Counted from the first letter of the stretch, positions 1-9,867 are shown. The stretch is DNA of 64,000 nt from a virus (IMGVR_UViG_2061766007_000925:6821-70820); one strand, 5' to 3'. Made by a program: numbers and translations. The notes: generated from the letters alone by a model not told the origin.

Positions 1-550
1 CCTTAACGTGCTGTCCCAAAATCCATCCTGTCTCATCACTGTGGGTCTTGATTTCCTCAAGCCAATTCCACTTAAGTCCGTTCACGCCACAAACGATGAG
101 GCAATGCTTATATCCACGCTGTGCCTTTTTAGCAACAGCAATATCAATAACCTGTTTGGTCTTTCCGAGACCCTGTTCATCACCGAGTAACCATCTGTTA
201 TGGGTCATTCCATAACGGAAGCCATCAACCTGATGATTGAAGGGGGAAGTCTTGAAGTTATAGTCAATCTTCTCTTCCTTGCTGAGGTCAGCGATAACCT
301 GAGGGTCAATCTCAAGTTCCACTTCGTACTTGCTGAAAGCATTGAACAGGGATGATAATGAGCTGAAGGGTACTTCCCATACCTTGCTAAGCGCTTCAGC
401 TTCCTCATGCCACATATTCACGCTGAAATGCCACATCTTACGGGGAAGCGCCTTAATGGTATCAATCAATGTCTGATTAAAAGGGAAGGAAATGAAAGCG
501 CTGATATCCTTGCCCCATGTTGTTGAATATCTTACCTTAATGCTTATCAT
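1..550 (-). CDS. SNF2-family helicase, N-terminal part (runs off left edge; missed by ORF track)
   Basis: Manual translation from ATG at 550 after a GGAG RBS: MISIKVRYSTTW...PFNHQVDGF...LLGDEQGLGKTKQVI...LIVCGVNGLKWNWLEEI. These are SNF2 motifs I and Ia. No stop before position 1. Confidence 0.9.
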   Translation of the reverse strand, partial: MISIKVRYSTTWGKDISAFISFPFNQTLIDTIKALPRKMWHFSVNMWHEEAEALSKVWEVPFSSLSSLFNAFSKYEVELEIDPQVIADLSKEEKIDYNFKTSPFNHQVDGFRYGMTHNRWLLGDEQGLGKTKQVIDIAVAKKAQRGYKHCLIVCGVNGLKWNWLEEIKTHSDETGWILGQHVK

Positions 551-601
551 AAGTGTTCTCCTTGTCTTTTCGTGTTCTGAGTTTTCTTAGGTTCTGAAAA
601 C

Positions 602-630
602 ATTATACACTAATGTTTAAAGATTGTCAA
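602..630 (-). promoter_or_regulatory. sigma-A/70 consensus promoter upstream of SNF2 gene
   Basis: TTGACA(630-625)-17 bp-TATAAT(607-602). Confidence 0.85.
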
Positions 631-860
631 CTATGTTTTTTACGAATTATCAAATTATTTAAGTCCACGCCTAAAATATCGGCTAAACGGGCTAAAGAGT
701 CCATATCAGGGATATGTCTCCCTGTCGCCCATCGACTTACAACAACAGGTGATACTCCCATCTCACGTGCAAGCTGTGCCTGAGAATATCCACTGTCTTT
801 GATAGCGTTATAGATTGCCAATCCTGTGTCGGGTCTGCTTATGTAAGCACCTTGTGTCAT
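627..860 (-). CDS. XRE-family HTH transcriptional regulator
   Basis: SQAQLAREMGVSPVVVSRWATGRHIPDMDSLARLADILGV is a classic HTH_3 pattern. Confidence 0.9.
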   Translation of the reverse strand: MTQGAYISRPDTGLAIYNAIKDSGYSQAQLAREMGVSPVVVSRWATGRHIPDMDSLARLADILGVDLNNLIIRKKHS

Positions 861-1489
861 GCCTTCTTATCTCCCTTCGGTCTGTCATCAAAATCAGGCT
901 TGTTGATAAGTGTCCAAGCAAGCCCAAATAAGTTCCAAAGTACAGCCCTGTCATGAGGCTCATCTTCCCATCCGTCATACCACTTCAGTAAGTGGCGAAC
1001 ACAACTGTCGATATAACAGTGTGCAGGAATGCCCTTCTCCCAATTCCTCTCGGCGTACTTCTTTGCCCCTTCTTCATAGTGTTTTGCGAGCTCAAGAATA
1101 GCAAGTCCATCCTGTTCTCCATACACAAGACGGACGAAAGAGTTCGCTGCCTGTAGGACGGGCTCTAAGAAGTCGTCATCCTTTCTCTGAAGCACGAAGT
1201 CGAGGGAGTGGAGAATGTTGGTTACCACAATAGCCTTGTCCTTGTTCGTGTTCTCGCTGTTAATGCGCATATTGAAGTACATCGAAATGACATTAAGAGG
1301 GAGAAGGTCACATCTTCCCTTTCCCTCGGCAATGTCCCTGACAGCACCACTATCAAATTCCCGTCTCTCACCACTATCGAGGATAGCTTTCTTTAGCGCC
1401 CTGGTATCTTCATACTCTTTGATAGCATTCTTACGGGCTTCCTCAAACGCCTCATCATAAGGACGCACATTAAGCTCTTTCTGTTCCAT
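857..1489 (-). CDS. dATP/dGTP diphosphohydrolase-like (DUF5664-type) protein
   Basis: REFDSGAVRD..GKGRCDLLP and HYEEGAKKYAERNWEKGIP..YIDSCVRHL..W..G..DEPH motifs. Confidence 0.8.
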   Translation of the reverse strand: MEQKELNVRPYDEAFEEARKNAIKEYEDTRALKKAILDSGERREFDSGAVRDIAEGKGRCDLLPLNVISMYFNMRINSENTNKDKAIVVTNILHSLDFVLQRKDDDFLEPVLQAANSFVRLVYGEQDGLAILELAKHYEEGAKKYAERNWEKGIPAHCYIDSCVRHLLKWYDGWEDEPHDRAVLWNLFGLAWTLINKPDFDDRPKGDKKA

Positions 1490-3358
1490 TTTCCCTCTCC
1501 TCTTTTCTCTTGAAATAGGGACACTTCACTACTTTGTCAATGAAGTAATCCTCAAACTGATTGAATGGCATTCTGTTCTCCTTGGCACACACCTCGGCAT
1601 GAGGCTCTTTCCTGTAGTTCACACAATTAAGGCAATCATTTACAGGTATCATGCTCTCACCTCCCTGATAACGGGCTTGTCCGTCAACTCATACTCAAGC
1701 GTCTTGGGATTATAATGTGCCACCCAATCAGCAAACGCAAATCCGTGAAGCTGAAGGATAACAGCAAGCTCCTTTTCGTCCTTTGGGGGACGGGCATTCA
1801 GCTCCCTGATACACGCACATACGGCATTGGTGTCAATCTTGCCGTTGATGGGGGCTGCCCCGTGTAAAACTGTACTCGGCTTCGTCATCATAAATTAAAT
1901 GCTCCTTTCTTCTCGTTTGGTATAGCCTTTCTCATAGTGATAAACACTCCTGTTTCCTCATCGGTGGTGTGCAGCTCAACCTGTCTGACAGAGGCACTGT
2001 TGCCAAGAGGGTCAAGAAGATTACCGAGCTGAGCTCCGTCATCCGTGAACGGATAGCACTTTCGCATATCTTCAACGATTTCCTTGAACTGTGCTATCGT
2101 CATGCCGTATGTTATTGTCATGATTTCATCGCCTCTCTTCCTTCGTTAATAGTTTTAAGACACGTCTCGTGCTTCTCTCCTGTCATGATACTCTCGAACA
2201 CATCGTAGTAGGGACATTCGGCATTGTAGCACTCCCCGAACGCTTCCTCATCGAACGCTGCCTGAACTATCCTGTCATTGAACTTCTTCGCCGGATAGTG
2301 TGTTATTGTCTTTCGATACGGACACTTCACGATACGCACCCCCTCCTACCATGTCCTTACTTAACATTATACCAAGCCCTGTCCTTCGGGCAAGATAATC
2401 GTTAATCTCTCTTGTCTGTCGTATCTGTGCTTTGGAGCACATCTTAGAGCAATACTTGTCCCTACGGCACTTGTTGCACTGTCCATCCAAGAGCCACTGT
2501 TCTGTCTCAGCTATCTTGTTCATCCGTCAAACCTCCATTTATCAGCGCCATTTACAGGTCGGACTACCTTTATCATACCCCTGACATCATAGCCACAGTG
2601 CTCAGGATTAGGTTCAGCGCTGAGTACAAGATAGGGAGCAAGGTGGTCAGCAAGTGCTGATACCATTTGTCGAACAGCAAACTCACTCGCTGCTTTCTCT
2701 CCGAGCATTTGTATGTGAGCCCCGTTAATAAACACCTTTGCGCCAAGGGTCTGTACGGGGTTCGTGTAGGTCTCAATCCGTACCGGCTGGTCCCAAGGTA
2801 CTATTTCATGCTGATAGTGTGTGCCACAATATTCTCAAGTCATCGTGCGTGGGTCAACTGTACCACCACAACACTTACAAATGTATGCTTCCATCTTTGC
2901 TCTCCTCCTTTGGAACTTCCTTGATAATAGGACAGTTGGGAAGCCGTCCTGTTACTTCAAACTTCACCATCTCTCCCAAACACTGACAATCCCCCTCATC
3001 GCTTAGGCAAGGACAATCCCAACAGGACTTAGGCATTGGTATGTCAATCAGTACCATCGACGTTGCCTCCCTTCACACATCGGGTGTAGCTCTCTTTCAT
3101 CAGCACGGCATATTCCTCAGCGTGTTCCTTCTGAAAACAATCAAGTGCTCGGACTAACAGCCTCTTCGGAATACAGGACATCTCCGTGGGGAACATCTTA
3201 CCCAAATAACCCTGAAAAGTCGTGAAGATAAAGTCGTCCACCGTCTCGGCTCTCTCCACGGCTATCTTATATAGCATTTCCTGTATTTCTGAACCTGTGT
3301 CAGGGATAGCGCCCTTCTTAAATCCCTCTTTAATGGTCATAGGTTTATCCATCAGCAC
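1470..3358 (-). CDS. run of small hypothetical early ORFs (1470-1652, 1649-1891, 1888-2121, 2118-2339, 2275-2523, 2520-2735, 2875-3057, 3044-3358), several Cys-rich
   Basis: Tightly overlapping ATGA junctions, GGAG RBSs, CxxC motifs; no recognisable family. Confidence 0.65.
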
Positions 3359-3558
3359 ACCCCCGTCTTTCGTAATTGGTCAAAATCATCCTGAGCATGG
3401 CTCACGTGGTCGGGACAATTCTTGCAAATCTCGTCAGGCTCGTCGGTCATCATGTTTTGCCATCCGAGACAATAAATGTACTTCTTTCCGTTGAACGTAA
3501 ATTCATGGGAAGGGTGTCCCCTTCCCTCTTTAATCGGGCATTTACTTACGTGAACCAT
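3352..3558 (-). CDS. hypothetical Cys/His-rich protein
   Basis: ORF with RBS in the minus-strand gene run. Confidence 0.6.
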   Translation of the reverse strand: MVHVSKCPIKEGRGHPSHEFTFNGKKYIYCLGWQNMMTDEPDEICKNCPDHVSHAQDDFDQLRKTGVC

Positions 3559-3655
3559 CTTTTAGCCTCCTGTACTCACTGAAGAGATAGCCTGTTGCCA
3601 CCCCGACAGCGAAGATTACCAATTCAAACAGCACTACTAACACTACCATACCCAT
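3542..3655 (-). CDS. 37-aa single-pass membrane peptide (not in ORF track)
   Basis: GGAGG RBS; MGMVVLVVLFELVIFAVGVATGYLFSEYRRLKDGSRK; first ORF after the 3701-3729 promoter. Confidence 0.6.
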   Translation of the reverse strand: MGMVVLVVLFELVIFAVGVATGYLFSEYRRLKDGSRK

Positions 3656-3700
3656 AAGTTGTCCTCCTTAACGTGATGTGGTGTTTTTGTTTACAAGAAC

Positions 3701-3729
3701 ATTATATACTATGTTTATATTCTTGTCAA
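3701..3729 (-). promoter_or_regulatory. sigma-A promoter with AAACAT-N8-ATGTT operator
   Basis: TTGACA-17-TATAAT; TAAACATAGTATATAATGTT. Confidence 0.85.
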
Positions 3730-3737
3730 CACCCTTT

Positions 3738-4088
3738 TTAATCTTTTTCACTTTTTATCGGAAGATGAGGAAGCGCATGATAATGAGTTATCTTGTCTTT
3801 CCATTCCCAAAAGTAATAAGTCTCGTTCGGTGCGCCTGCCCCGATAAATAACTCAATATGCCGGCAATCATCATGAAATCGTCCCTTTATGGGGGTAAGA
3901 TATCCTGTTACAGCAAACAGGTAAAAGTAGTGGTCTTCAAGTTCTGTATCTTCTGTGACCTCAATCCACCCGTCATCCTCTTTTTCCCCATCGTCATCCA
4001 TCTTCAGGGATTGAAACAGCAACACATAGAATGTTCCGAATGCTCCACCCAAGATAGCTCCGATAACGAACCAAAGTCCTCCGCTCAT
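3738..4088 (-). CDS. membrane-anchored DUF551-like protein
   Basis: N-terminal hydrophobic helix; GWIEV...ITHYHALPHLP ending. Confidence 0.55.
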   Translation of the reverse strand: MSGGLWFVIGAILGGAFGTFYVLLFQSLKMDDDGEKEDDGWIEVTEDTELEDHYFYLFAVTGYLTPIKGRFHDDCRHIELFIGAGAPNETYYFWEWKDKITHYHALPHLPIKSEKD

Positions 4089-4255
4089 GTAGTTCTCCTC
4101 TCAAATTTCTTGCATTTGTCCCGACAATCCACTAACTTATTGTGAAGAGTGCACAGCTTATCCCACGTATGCACTGTCTTGTCAAAGTGAACGCAATTCT
4201 CACACTTTATATAAGACGCATTAGGATTTATCGGAGCTTTGTTCAACTTTGTCAT
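4085..4255 (-). CDS. 56-aa Cys-rich protein (not in ORF track)
   Basis: MTKLNKAPINPNASYIKCENCVHF...CTLH...CRDKCKKF. Confidence 0.55.
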   Translation of the reverse strand: MTKLNKAPINPNASYIKCENCVHFDKTVHTWDKLCTLHNKLVDCRDKCKKFERRTT

Positions 4256-4562
4256 ACCATTTCATCCTCACTCTCGCTCGGAACTTCGCCCACCACACAA
4301 TCCACTTGACCTTCCACTTTGGTATTCCATCGGTCAGCCACGACGAAAGCTTTGCTGAGTCGATTTTATCTTGTAGGCTCATTCCTTATCCCCACTTTCT
4401 GCCTTAATCAATTCCCATATTTTCTTAACTGTCTCGTCACTTACCCTGTGAAGTTTACTTGCCACAGCAAGTTTATCACCGTCAGTATGGATAAAACTAT
4501 GAATAGAGTTTTTACTACCTCTTTTCATTTCTTCATCTACTGACCATATCGCTATATAGTGT

Positions 4563-4844
4563 TTATCCATCTTCTTCCTCACTTTCTGCCTTGTACTTGT
4601 CGATAATGCCATGTACCGCCCATTTACTTACATGGATTGTCTTATCCATTTCGTAATCGGGATTCAAATCTGGCAATTTATTTATCTCTGCCCTTATCTC
4701 GTCAAGTACCGAATCAAGCGGTTTGCCGTTTGCAATTACTTCATAAAAGTTTCTTCTTAATGTCTTATCATCACAAGATGGTAGACAATGCTTTTTTGCA
4801 ATATAAATATAATCTTGATTAGGTATCTCAATCAGCAGTTTCAT
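4563..4844 (-). CDS. hypothetical protein (start MKLLIEIP)
   Basis: GAAGGAGAGAGCGAATG RBS/start junction. Confidence 0.6.
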   Translation of the reverse strand: MKLLIEIPNQDYIYIAKKHCLPSCDDKTLRRNFYEVIANGKPLDSVLDEIRAEINKLPDLNPDYEMDKTIHVSKWAVHGIIDKYKAESEEEDG

Positions 4845-5212
4845 TCGCTCTCTCCTTCCTTGTACGGCATAGGTAAAGGCATCCATGCGGTTACTTCTTC
4901 ATGTATAAATCCATGATATTCGTCATACCATCCTGTATTATCTGGACAAGTCTTATCCTCCTTATAATATCCTAAAAGATATGATGAGTAGTCATTGTTC
5001 CATATCAATACAGTGTTTCTATTTTCGGGCAACCTTTCGCTGACGGGTATCCACCTAAACGCATCTGCTTTACCCTTGTTGTATATGCGCTTTTGTTCCT
5101 CTCTAAACTCTTTATCCACAAGACAGAAGTGATGATAGCCATTCCCGTATTCATCAGGGTTCATTACGGGTTCATCCTCTATCGGGTTTCCACAATACTT
5201 ACAGATACTCAT
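4841..5212 (-). CDS. DUF551-like protein (start MSICKYC)
   Basis: RWIPVSERLP...VTAWMPLPMPY signature. Confidence 0.75.
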   Translation of the reverse strand: MSICKYCGNPIEDEPVMNPDEYGNGYHHFCLVDKEFREEQKRIYNKGKADAFRWIPVSERLPENRNTVLIWNNDYSSYLLGYYKEDKTCPDNTGWYDEYHGFIHEEVTAWMPLPMPYKEGESE

Positions 5213-5643
5213 TCGCTCTCTCCTTCCATCTTTGCACCGCAGTTCGGACAGTAATTCGATTTGAACACGCCGACCTTCTCGCCGCATTTGTCGCAAGCGT
5301 ACTTCTTTGTGCCTTCCCATTCGCCGTGCAATACTTGAACAATTTTCCACTTCCCCGTCTTCTGCTTCGGAGTGACGGGTGGTAAATCCGATATCGCGTT
5401 GTAACCATCGCATCTTGAACACTTCCCTCCGTTCTGATGAATAGAACACGCATAACAGAGTGCTTTCAATGCCGCTTCTCTGTTCACCGAATCCTCGCAA
5501 GGCTCGGCTTTGAGTGCGGCGATTGCCATGTCAAAAGCATCTACTATTTCTTGATACTCATCTGTCGAATAATCATATTCATCATCTGATTTGTAGTTGT
5601 CTTGAACTCCTTTTAATATCTCTATCGCTTCTTCATTCATCAT
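5209..5643 (-). CDS. zinc-ribbon hypothetical protein
   Basis: KYACDKCG...SNYCPNCGAKM C-terminal Zn ribbon. Confidence 0.7.
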   Translation of the reverse strand: MMNEEAIEILKGVQDNYKSDDEYDYSTDEYQEIVDAFDMAIAALKAEPCEDSVNREAALKALCYACSIHQNGGKCSRCDGYNAISDLPPVTPKQKTGKWKIVQVLHGEWEGTKKYACDKCGEKVGVFKSNYCPNCGAKMEGESE

Positions 5644-6894
5644 TCACTCACCCCCATGCAATAAAATTGTGTTTTCATTTACCTTTCCAATCTTGCTTTC
5701 GTTTCCATCATACCCATCTTTCCACGGGCTTTCCGTAGTATCTAGTATTACGACGGGTACACATGTCAACCGCTGAAACATACTTCTAGGCTTTGAAAAC
5801 CTTTTGCAATAATCGATTGCATCGTCTTTATCAACAACAATTCCGAGCGGATTATTGTTGTAAGCTGCATAAATTAAATAAGCTTTACCCATTTCCATTC
5901 ACCTGCCTTTCAATGCCTGCCAATTCTTCAATCCATTTCAATTTAACTCGCCTATCATACAATCTGCACAATATCACAAGTTTTTTTTCGGTCATTCCTA
6001 GTGTTTTATATTTCTTATATATGCGAAAGAAATTTCGTGTTTTAGCCACTCACTCATCTCCTTTCGTTGCGGTCTGCTTCGGAACATCCCAATCTTTTCC
6101 AAATTCTTCTTCCATCTTATCAAGCAACGTTTGCTTTCCATCTTCCGTTGCAGGAATGATTGTCGGCACTTCTTCCATTACTTTAAATACTTCGTTGAGT
6201 TTGCTTTCTAAAATATTTGCATCAATCAATCTTCCGTGGTGTTCGGGAAGTGGTGTGCCTGCTGCAACAGCGTTAAGGATGTTATTTATCAAAGTCTTCC
6301 CACTCCTTTGACTAAGGATAATATGGTAAGTCTTCAGCATTTCAAGAGCACTCTCAGGTAGATTAACCAATATTTGCATTCTTACCCTCGCTTTCCATCC
6401 TAAGTTTCTTTGCACGTAATACCTCTCTGTCGGTTTCTTTAACATCCCGACCATCACAGCACTTAACGCACTGTACTCGCCACTTGGTGCTTTTGTTCTT
6501 TTTGCGTTTCTCAAAGAAACCAAATCCCACGGGCACATAACAACCACATTTATAGCAATAACCAGGATATCTATTTCTCATTATCTACCTCCTGATAAGG
6601 TTCAGGTAAAACCATCCATGCGATTATGCCGTCTTCATTGGGCTTTTCCTTGTTACAGACTCGGCACACAACCTCGTTCTCCTCATAGTACCCTCTCTCT
6701 TTGCTCCACTTCGGTACTTTAACAGTTAAAAGCACCTTCTTGTAGGGAGGAGGTGTCTGCTCCGTTGTGGGTGTCCATTTCAATTCGTCCATTGTCTTGT
6801 CCTCCTTAATAAAAGTAATGATGTTCGCCGTCGAAAAATCCGTCATACACGAGATTTTTTCTATGCCAACTATGTCCACTATTATAGCTCTCAT
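5644..6894 (-). CDS. small hypothetical ORFs (5644-5898, 6050-6379, 6363-6581 Zn-finger, 6571-6894 DUF551-like)
   Basis: RBSs and overlapping junctions; CYKC/CVKC motifs; IIAWMVLPEPY. Confidence 0.6.
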
Positions 6895-7396
6895 CTGAAC
6901 AGAACCACAAGTAATTATGGGTCTTTCCCCACTTCAAAACTCTATCCACAGCGTGTCGTGTACTGTCTGTTATAGCTACTGTGTAATAGCGTCCGTCACC
7001 GAGAGGAGTGAATTGCCAAACTCCGTTGTTATGCTGAAATACCACGCCCTTTATGGTATCTGGCCAGCTCTTGCTCTCCATCCTTGCGATGATACAGCTC
7101 GCTACGTTCATCTTCTGAGTGATTGTCCCACCTGTTGCCTCAGCTTCGACTATCCTGAAGAGGATTTCCTTCTCTTCATCGGCTATGATATAGTCATAGT
7201 GGAACATCATGTAAGCCTGATAGTAAAGGCGCAAGTAAGGCTCTTTAGGGAGCTCATTCTTGTATGCGCATTCCATCATGTAACTGAACCCACCGAGTGC
7301 TTCATCCCCCATCAGCATACCACCTTGGGTGTAGCTGACCTTGGCGACAGCAAGCATGAACAGTGTGAGTAAAGCTATCTGTAAATATCTCTTCAT
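6806..7396 (-). CDS. SleB/Hydrolase_2-family cell wall hydrolase with signal peptide
   Basis: Start MKRYLQIALLTLFMLAVA; LFRIVEAEA.G.....NVASCIIARM....WPDTIKGVVFQ.....QFTP. Confidence 0.85.
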   Translation of the reverse strand: MKRYLQIALLTLFMLAVAKVSYTQGGMLMGDEALGGFSYMMECAYKNELPKEPYLRLYYQAYMMFHYDYIIADEEKEILFRIVEAEATGGTITQKMNVASCIIARMESKSWPDTIKGVVFQHNNGVWQFTPLGDGRYYTVAITDSTRHAVDRVLKWGKTHNYLWFCSDESYNSGHSWHRKNLVYDGFFDGEHHYFY

Positions 7397-7409
7397 CTCT
7401 TTATCCCCC

Positions 7410-8058
7410 TTATTCATCATCCCCGACGATTTCCTTGAAGTGGTCAAGCACAAACTCCTTGAAGTCTCCGTCAGGAAGATTGGTGACCTGATTGAAGAAC
7501 AGCTCCTTTGCAAGCGCTGTCTCCCACTCCTCATACGCACTTGCTGTCATGAGCTCCTTCAGTTTGCTCTCCTGTCTCTGACACACAAGCTGAAGCTGGT
7601 CTATCATAGCGCCCTGTGCCTCTATAACCTCGATAACCTCTTTTCCCGATATAACCTTTACTTCTTTACCCTCTCTTGCCATTTCTCTCTTCCTCCTTCT
7701 TCTTGGATATGATTTCGACTACTCTCCCTTGCTCATCACGGACTACCACGTAGTCCTGTATCTCAAGCCTGAGAATTTCCTCGTCTGAGATATCAATAGT
7801 CTTTCCGTCTTCAGCGACACGCATTTGTTAAATCCTCCTTTAACTATTTATAAATACAGTGGTCTTGACTTCTCTAGTGTCGAAGCTGATACTCTCGCCT
7901 TCCTCCGTGGTAAGTCTCACCCTGTTATTCTCAACGTACTCGACCTTCTCTACGTTGTCAATCTGTGCCAACTTCCTGTTGGTCTTTTTGCTGTAAACGA
8001 ATGCTTTCATACGTCCTCCTGTGAAGTGATTGCCGACTTGATAATCCATCCTGTCCAT
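7410..8058 (-). CDS. hypothetical proteins (7410-7682, about 7666-7824, 7840-about 8010)
   Basis: RBS-preceded ORFs in the minus-strand gene run. Confidence 0.55.
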
Positions 8059-8585
8059 GTGAGGTTCTGTAACTTCTCCTTGATGGTGTCAACATCATCA
8101 ATCGCTACCCCGACAAAGCCTATCTTTGCCATGCACTCTGGACCGATACCATAGTGACGGCTTATAGGATTGGTAAGCTCACGACCACATCTCATGCAGC
8201 AAATTTCAGGCTTGCCTACTCCGTGGAGCTCCATCTTGACCATTCCCTTAGTCTCCTGTAAGACCTTGCCTGTCATTGTCCTGAGGGGCATGGGATTGTT
8301 GTTGTTCCACTTCTCCATGAAGTCAAATCCAACGCTTGCCGGCTCGGTCATGTACTTCTTGACAGTAATCTTAATCTCACCTGTCGGTGTCTCATAGGAG
8401 CTCTTTCTAGGGAGCTCAGGGCGAGCCTCAGGACGGCGCTCTATGGGTTTCTGAGCAAGGGGGTGTAACTTTATAAGTATCTCACCCTGACCCGCCTTAA
8501 TCTGGCTCACAGCGGTTTCTATGCTGTCATATACCTGTCCGTCTATTTCAGCCGTGCCTGTCCAACCTTTTAATGCTTCCCACAT
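8007..8585 (-). CDS. DUF6011-like zinc-binding protein
   Basis: CMRCGRELTNPISRHYGIGPECMAK. Confidence 0.75.
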   Translation of the reverse strand: MWEALKGWTGTAEIDGQVYDSIETAVSQIKAGQGEILIKLHPLAQKPIERRPEARPELPRKSSYETPTGEIKITVKKYMTEPASVGFDFMEKWNNNNPMPLRTMTGKVLQETKGMVKMELHGVGKPEICCMRCGRELTNPISRHYGIGPECMAKIGFVGVAIDDVDTIKEKLQNLTWTGWIIKSAITSQEDV

Positions 8586-8626
8586 TTTTCTACCTCCGAA
8601 TTAACAATCTTGTTTATTATGTAAAC

Positions 8627-8655
8627 ATTATATACTATCTTTTCTATCCTGTCAA
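8627..8655 (-). promoter_or_regulatory. sigma-A promoter
   Basis: TTGACA-17-TATAAT followed by GTTTA. Confidence 0.85.
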
Positions 8656-8673
8656 GAGGTTTTTTGAAACGTT

Positions 8674-9057
8674 TTAAACTTTCAGTTTCAGTTTGCCGTA
8701 GCCTCGACCACCACGGCGTATGCCTCTATCAACCTCTCGGTCAATATAGTCTTGGTAATCTTTTAAGATACTTGTGGGAATGTCTAAGCCGTATTCCTTG
8801 CACTTCTCTATCGCCCACATTGTCGCATAATACTCTTCTTCAGCCCTTCTCATAGTGGCTTTTGTGGTCTCAATATGACCGACCTCATGTAATAAGGTAA
8901 AGGTAGACTGTATGCTGTTGCACTGTTTCCACTTGCACACTCTTCTTATCTTTACGTGAGCGTGTGTTCTGCTCCAGTCATCCTTGCACTTAGTTCCGTC
9001 ACAGATGTCAACTCTGTATTTCTTGATAATCTCGTTCTGTATCTCTTTGTATGTCAT
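8674..9057 (-). CDS. HExxH zinc-metallopeptidase-like protein
   Basis: TLLHEVGHIE...RAEEEYYATMWA (HExxH plus downstream E). Confidence 0.6.
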   Translation of the reverse strand: MTYKEIQNEIIKKYRVDICDGTKCKDDWSRTHAHVKIRRVCKWKQCNSIQSTFTLLHEVGHIETTKATMRRAEEEYYATMWAIEKCKEYGLDIPTSILKDYQDYIDREVDRGIRRGGRGYGKLKLKV

Positions 9058-9059
9058 GG

Positions 9060-9764
9060 TCAGTCCTCCTTATAAACGTCTGTAATATCCTTGTTCTCAC
9101 AACCCATATACTCTTTACAGAGCCTTCTCGCCTCACGCTTGTTGTGTGCTGAGCATCTGTATCTAAAATGAATGCCGAAAGCCGTGTAAACTACGCAATA
9201 CTTGCTCATTTGTTATATCCCCTTTCATAGAATGTCACTATAGTGTCATCATCTGAGTTCCAACAGTCACTCTTAAGTAAGTGCACAATCAGTGCCTCAT
9301 GAATTTCAAGGCCGCACACCACAGCGTCCACTGGAACGACCTTTTCAATAATGCTGTTATGCTCTGTAAGCATTGACTTGCTGTTCGTAGTTCGGAGCGT
9401 TCTAATGAATGTATGGTCTGACCTCATGGGAGAGGTAATTATTTCCCAATCACCCTCATCCTTATGCTTGTTCAAAAAATCGTAAATGTATTTGTCATGT
9501 GCTGTCATGTCCTTGTCCTCCTTAATCCACCCAACTGTCAATGTACTGCTTTGCCTCTGCAAGGCTGTCAAAGCAGTGGCTAAACGGAATGCCGTCCTCA
9601 TCATAAACAAAGTATTCGTCAGTTCCGTCAACTCTGATACCCGTTGCTACGTTTACGCACCATGCGTGCTCAATGTCGTAGCACCTATAGGTGATGAACT
9701 CATGGTCTGTAACTGTCTCTTCCTTAAGAATGTTTGCCATTGTCTGTGCGAATGTGCTCATCAT
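9060..9764 (-). CDS. three small early ORFs (9060-9209, 9206-about 9508, 9522-9764)
   Basis: GGAGG RBSs downstream of the 9818-9846 promoter. Confidence 0.6.
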
Positions 9765-9817
9765 AATTGTTTTCCTCCGTAAATTTTGTGAGTTGTCTTG
9801 TTCCTTTTGACACTTAT

Positions 9818-9846
9818 ATATTAACACGGGTGTTAAGACTTGTCAA
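9818..9846 (-). promoter_or_regulatory. sigma-A promoter with TTAACA-N4-TGTTAA palindrome
   Basis: TTGACA-17-TAATAT; ttaacacgggtgttaa overlaps the spacer and -10. Confidence 0.75.
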
Positions 9847-9867
9847 ACATATTTTTGAAAATTTTTC

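Noticed and set aside
857-1489. Z-genome (2-aminoadenine) system
   Set aside because: No PurZ is seen in the window.
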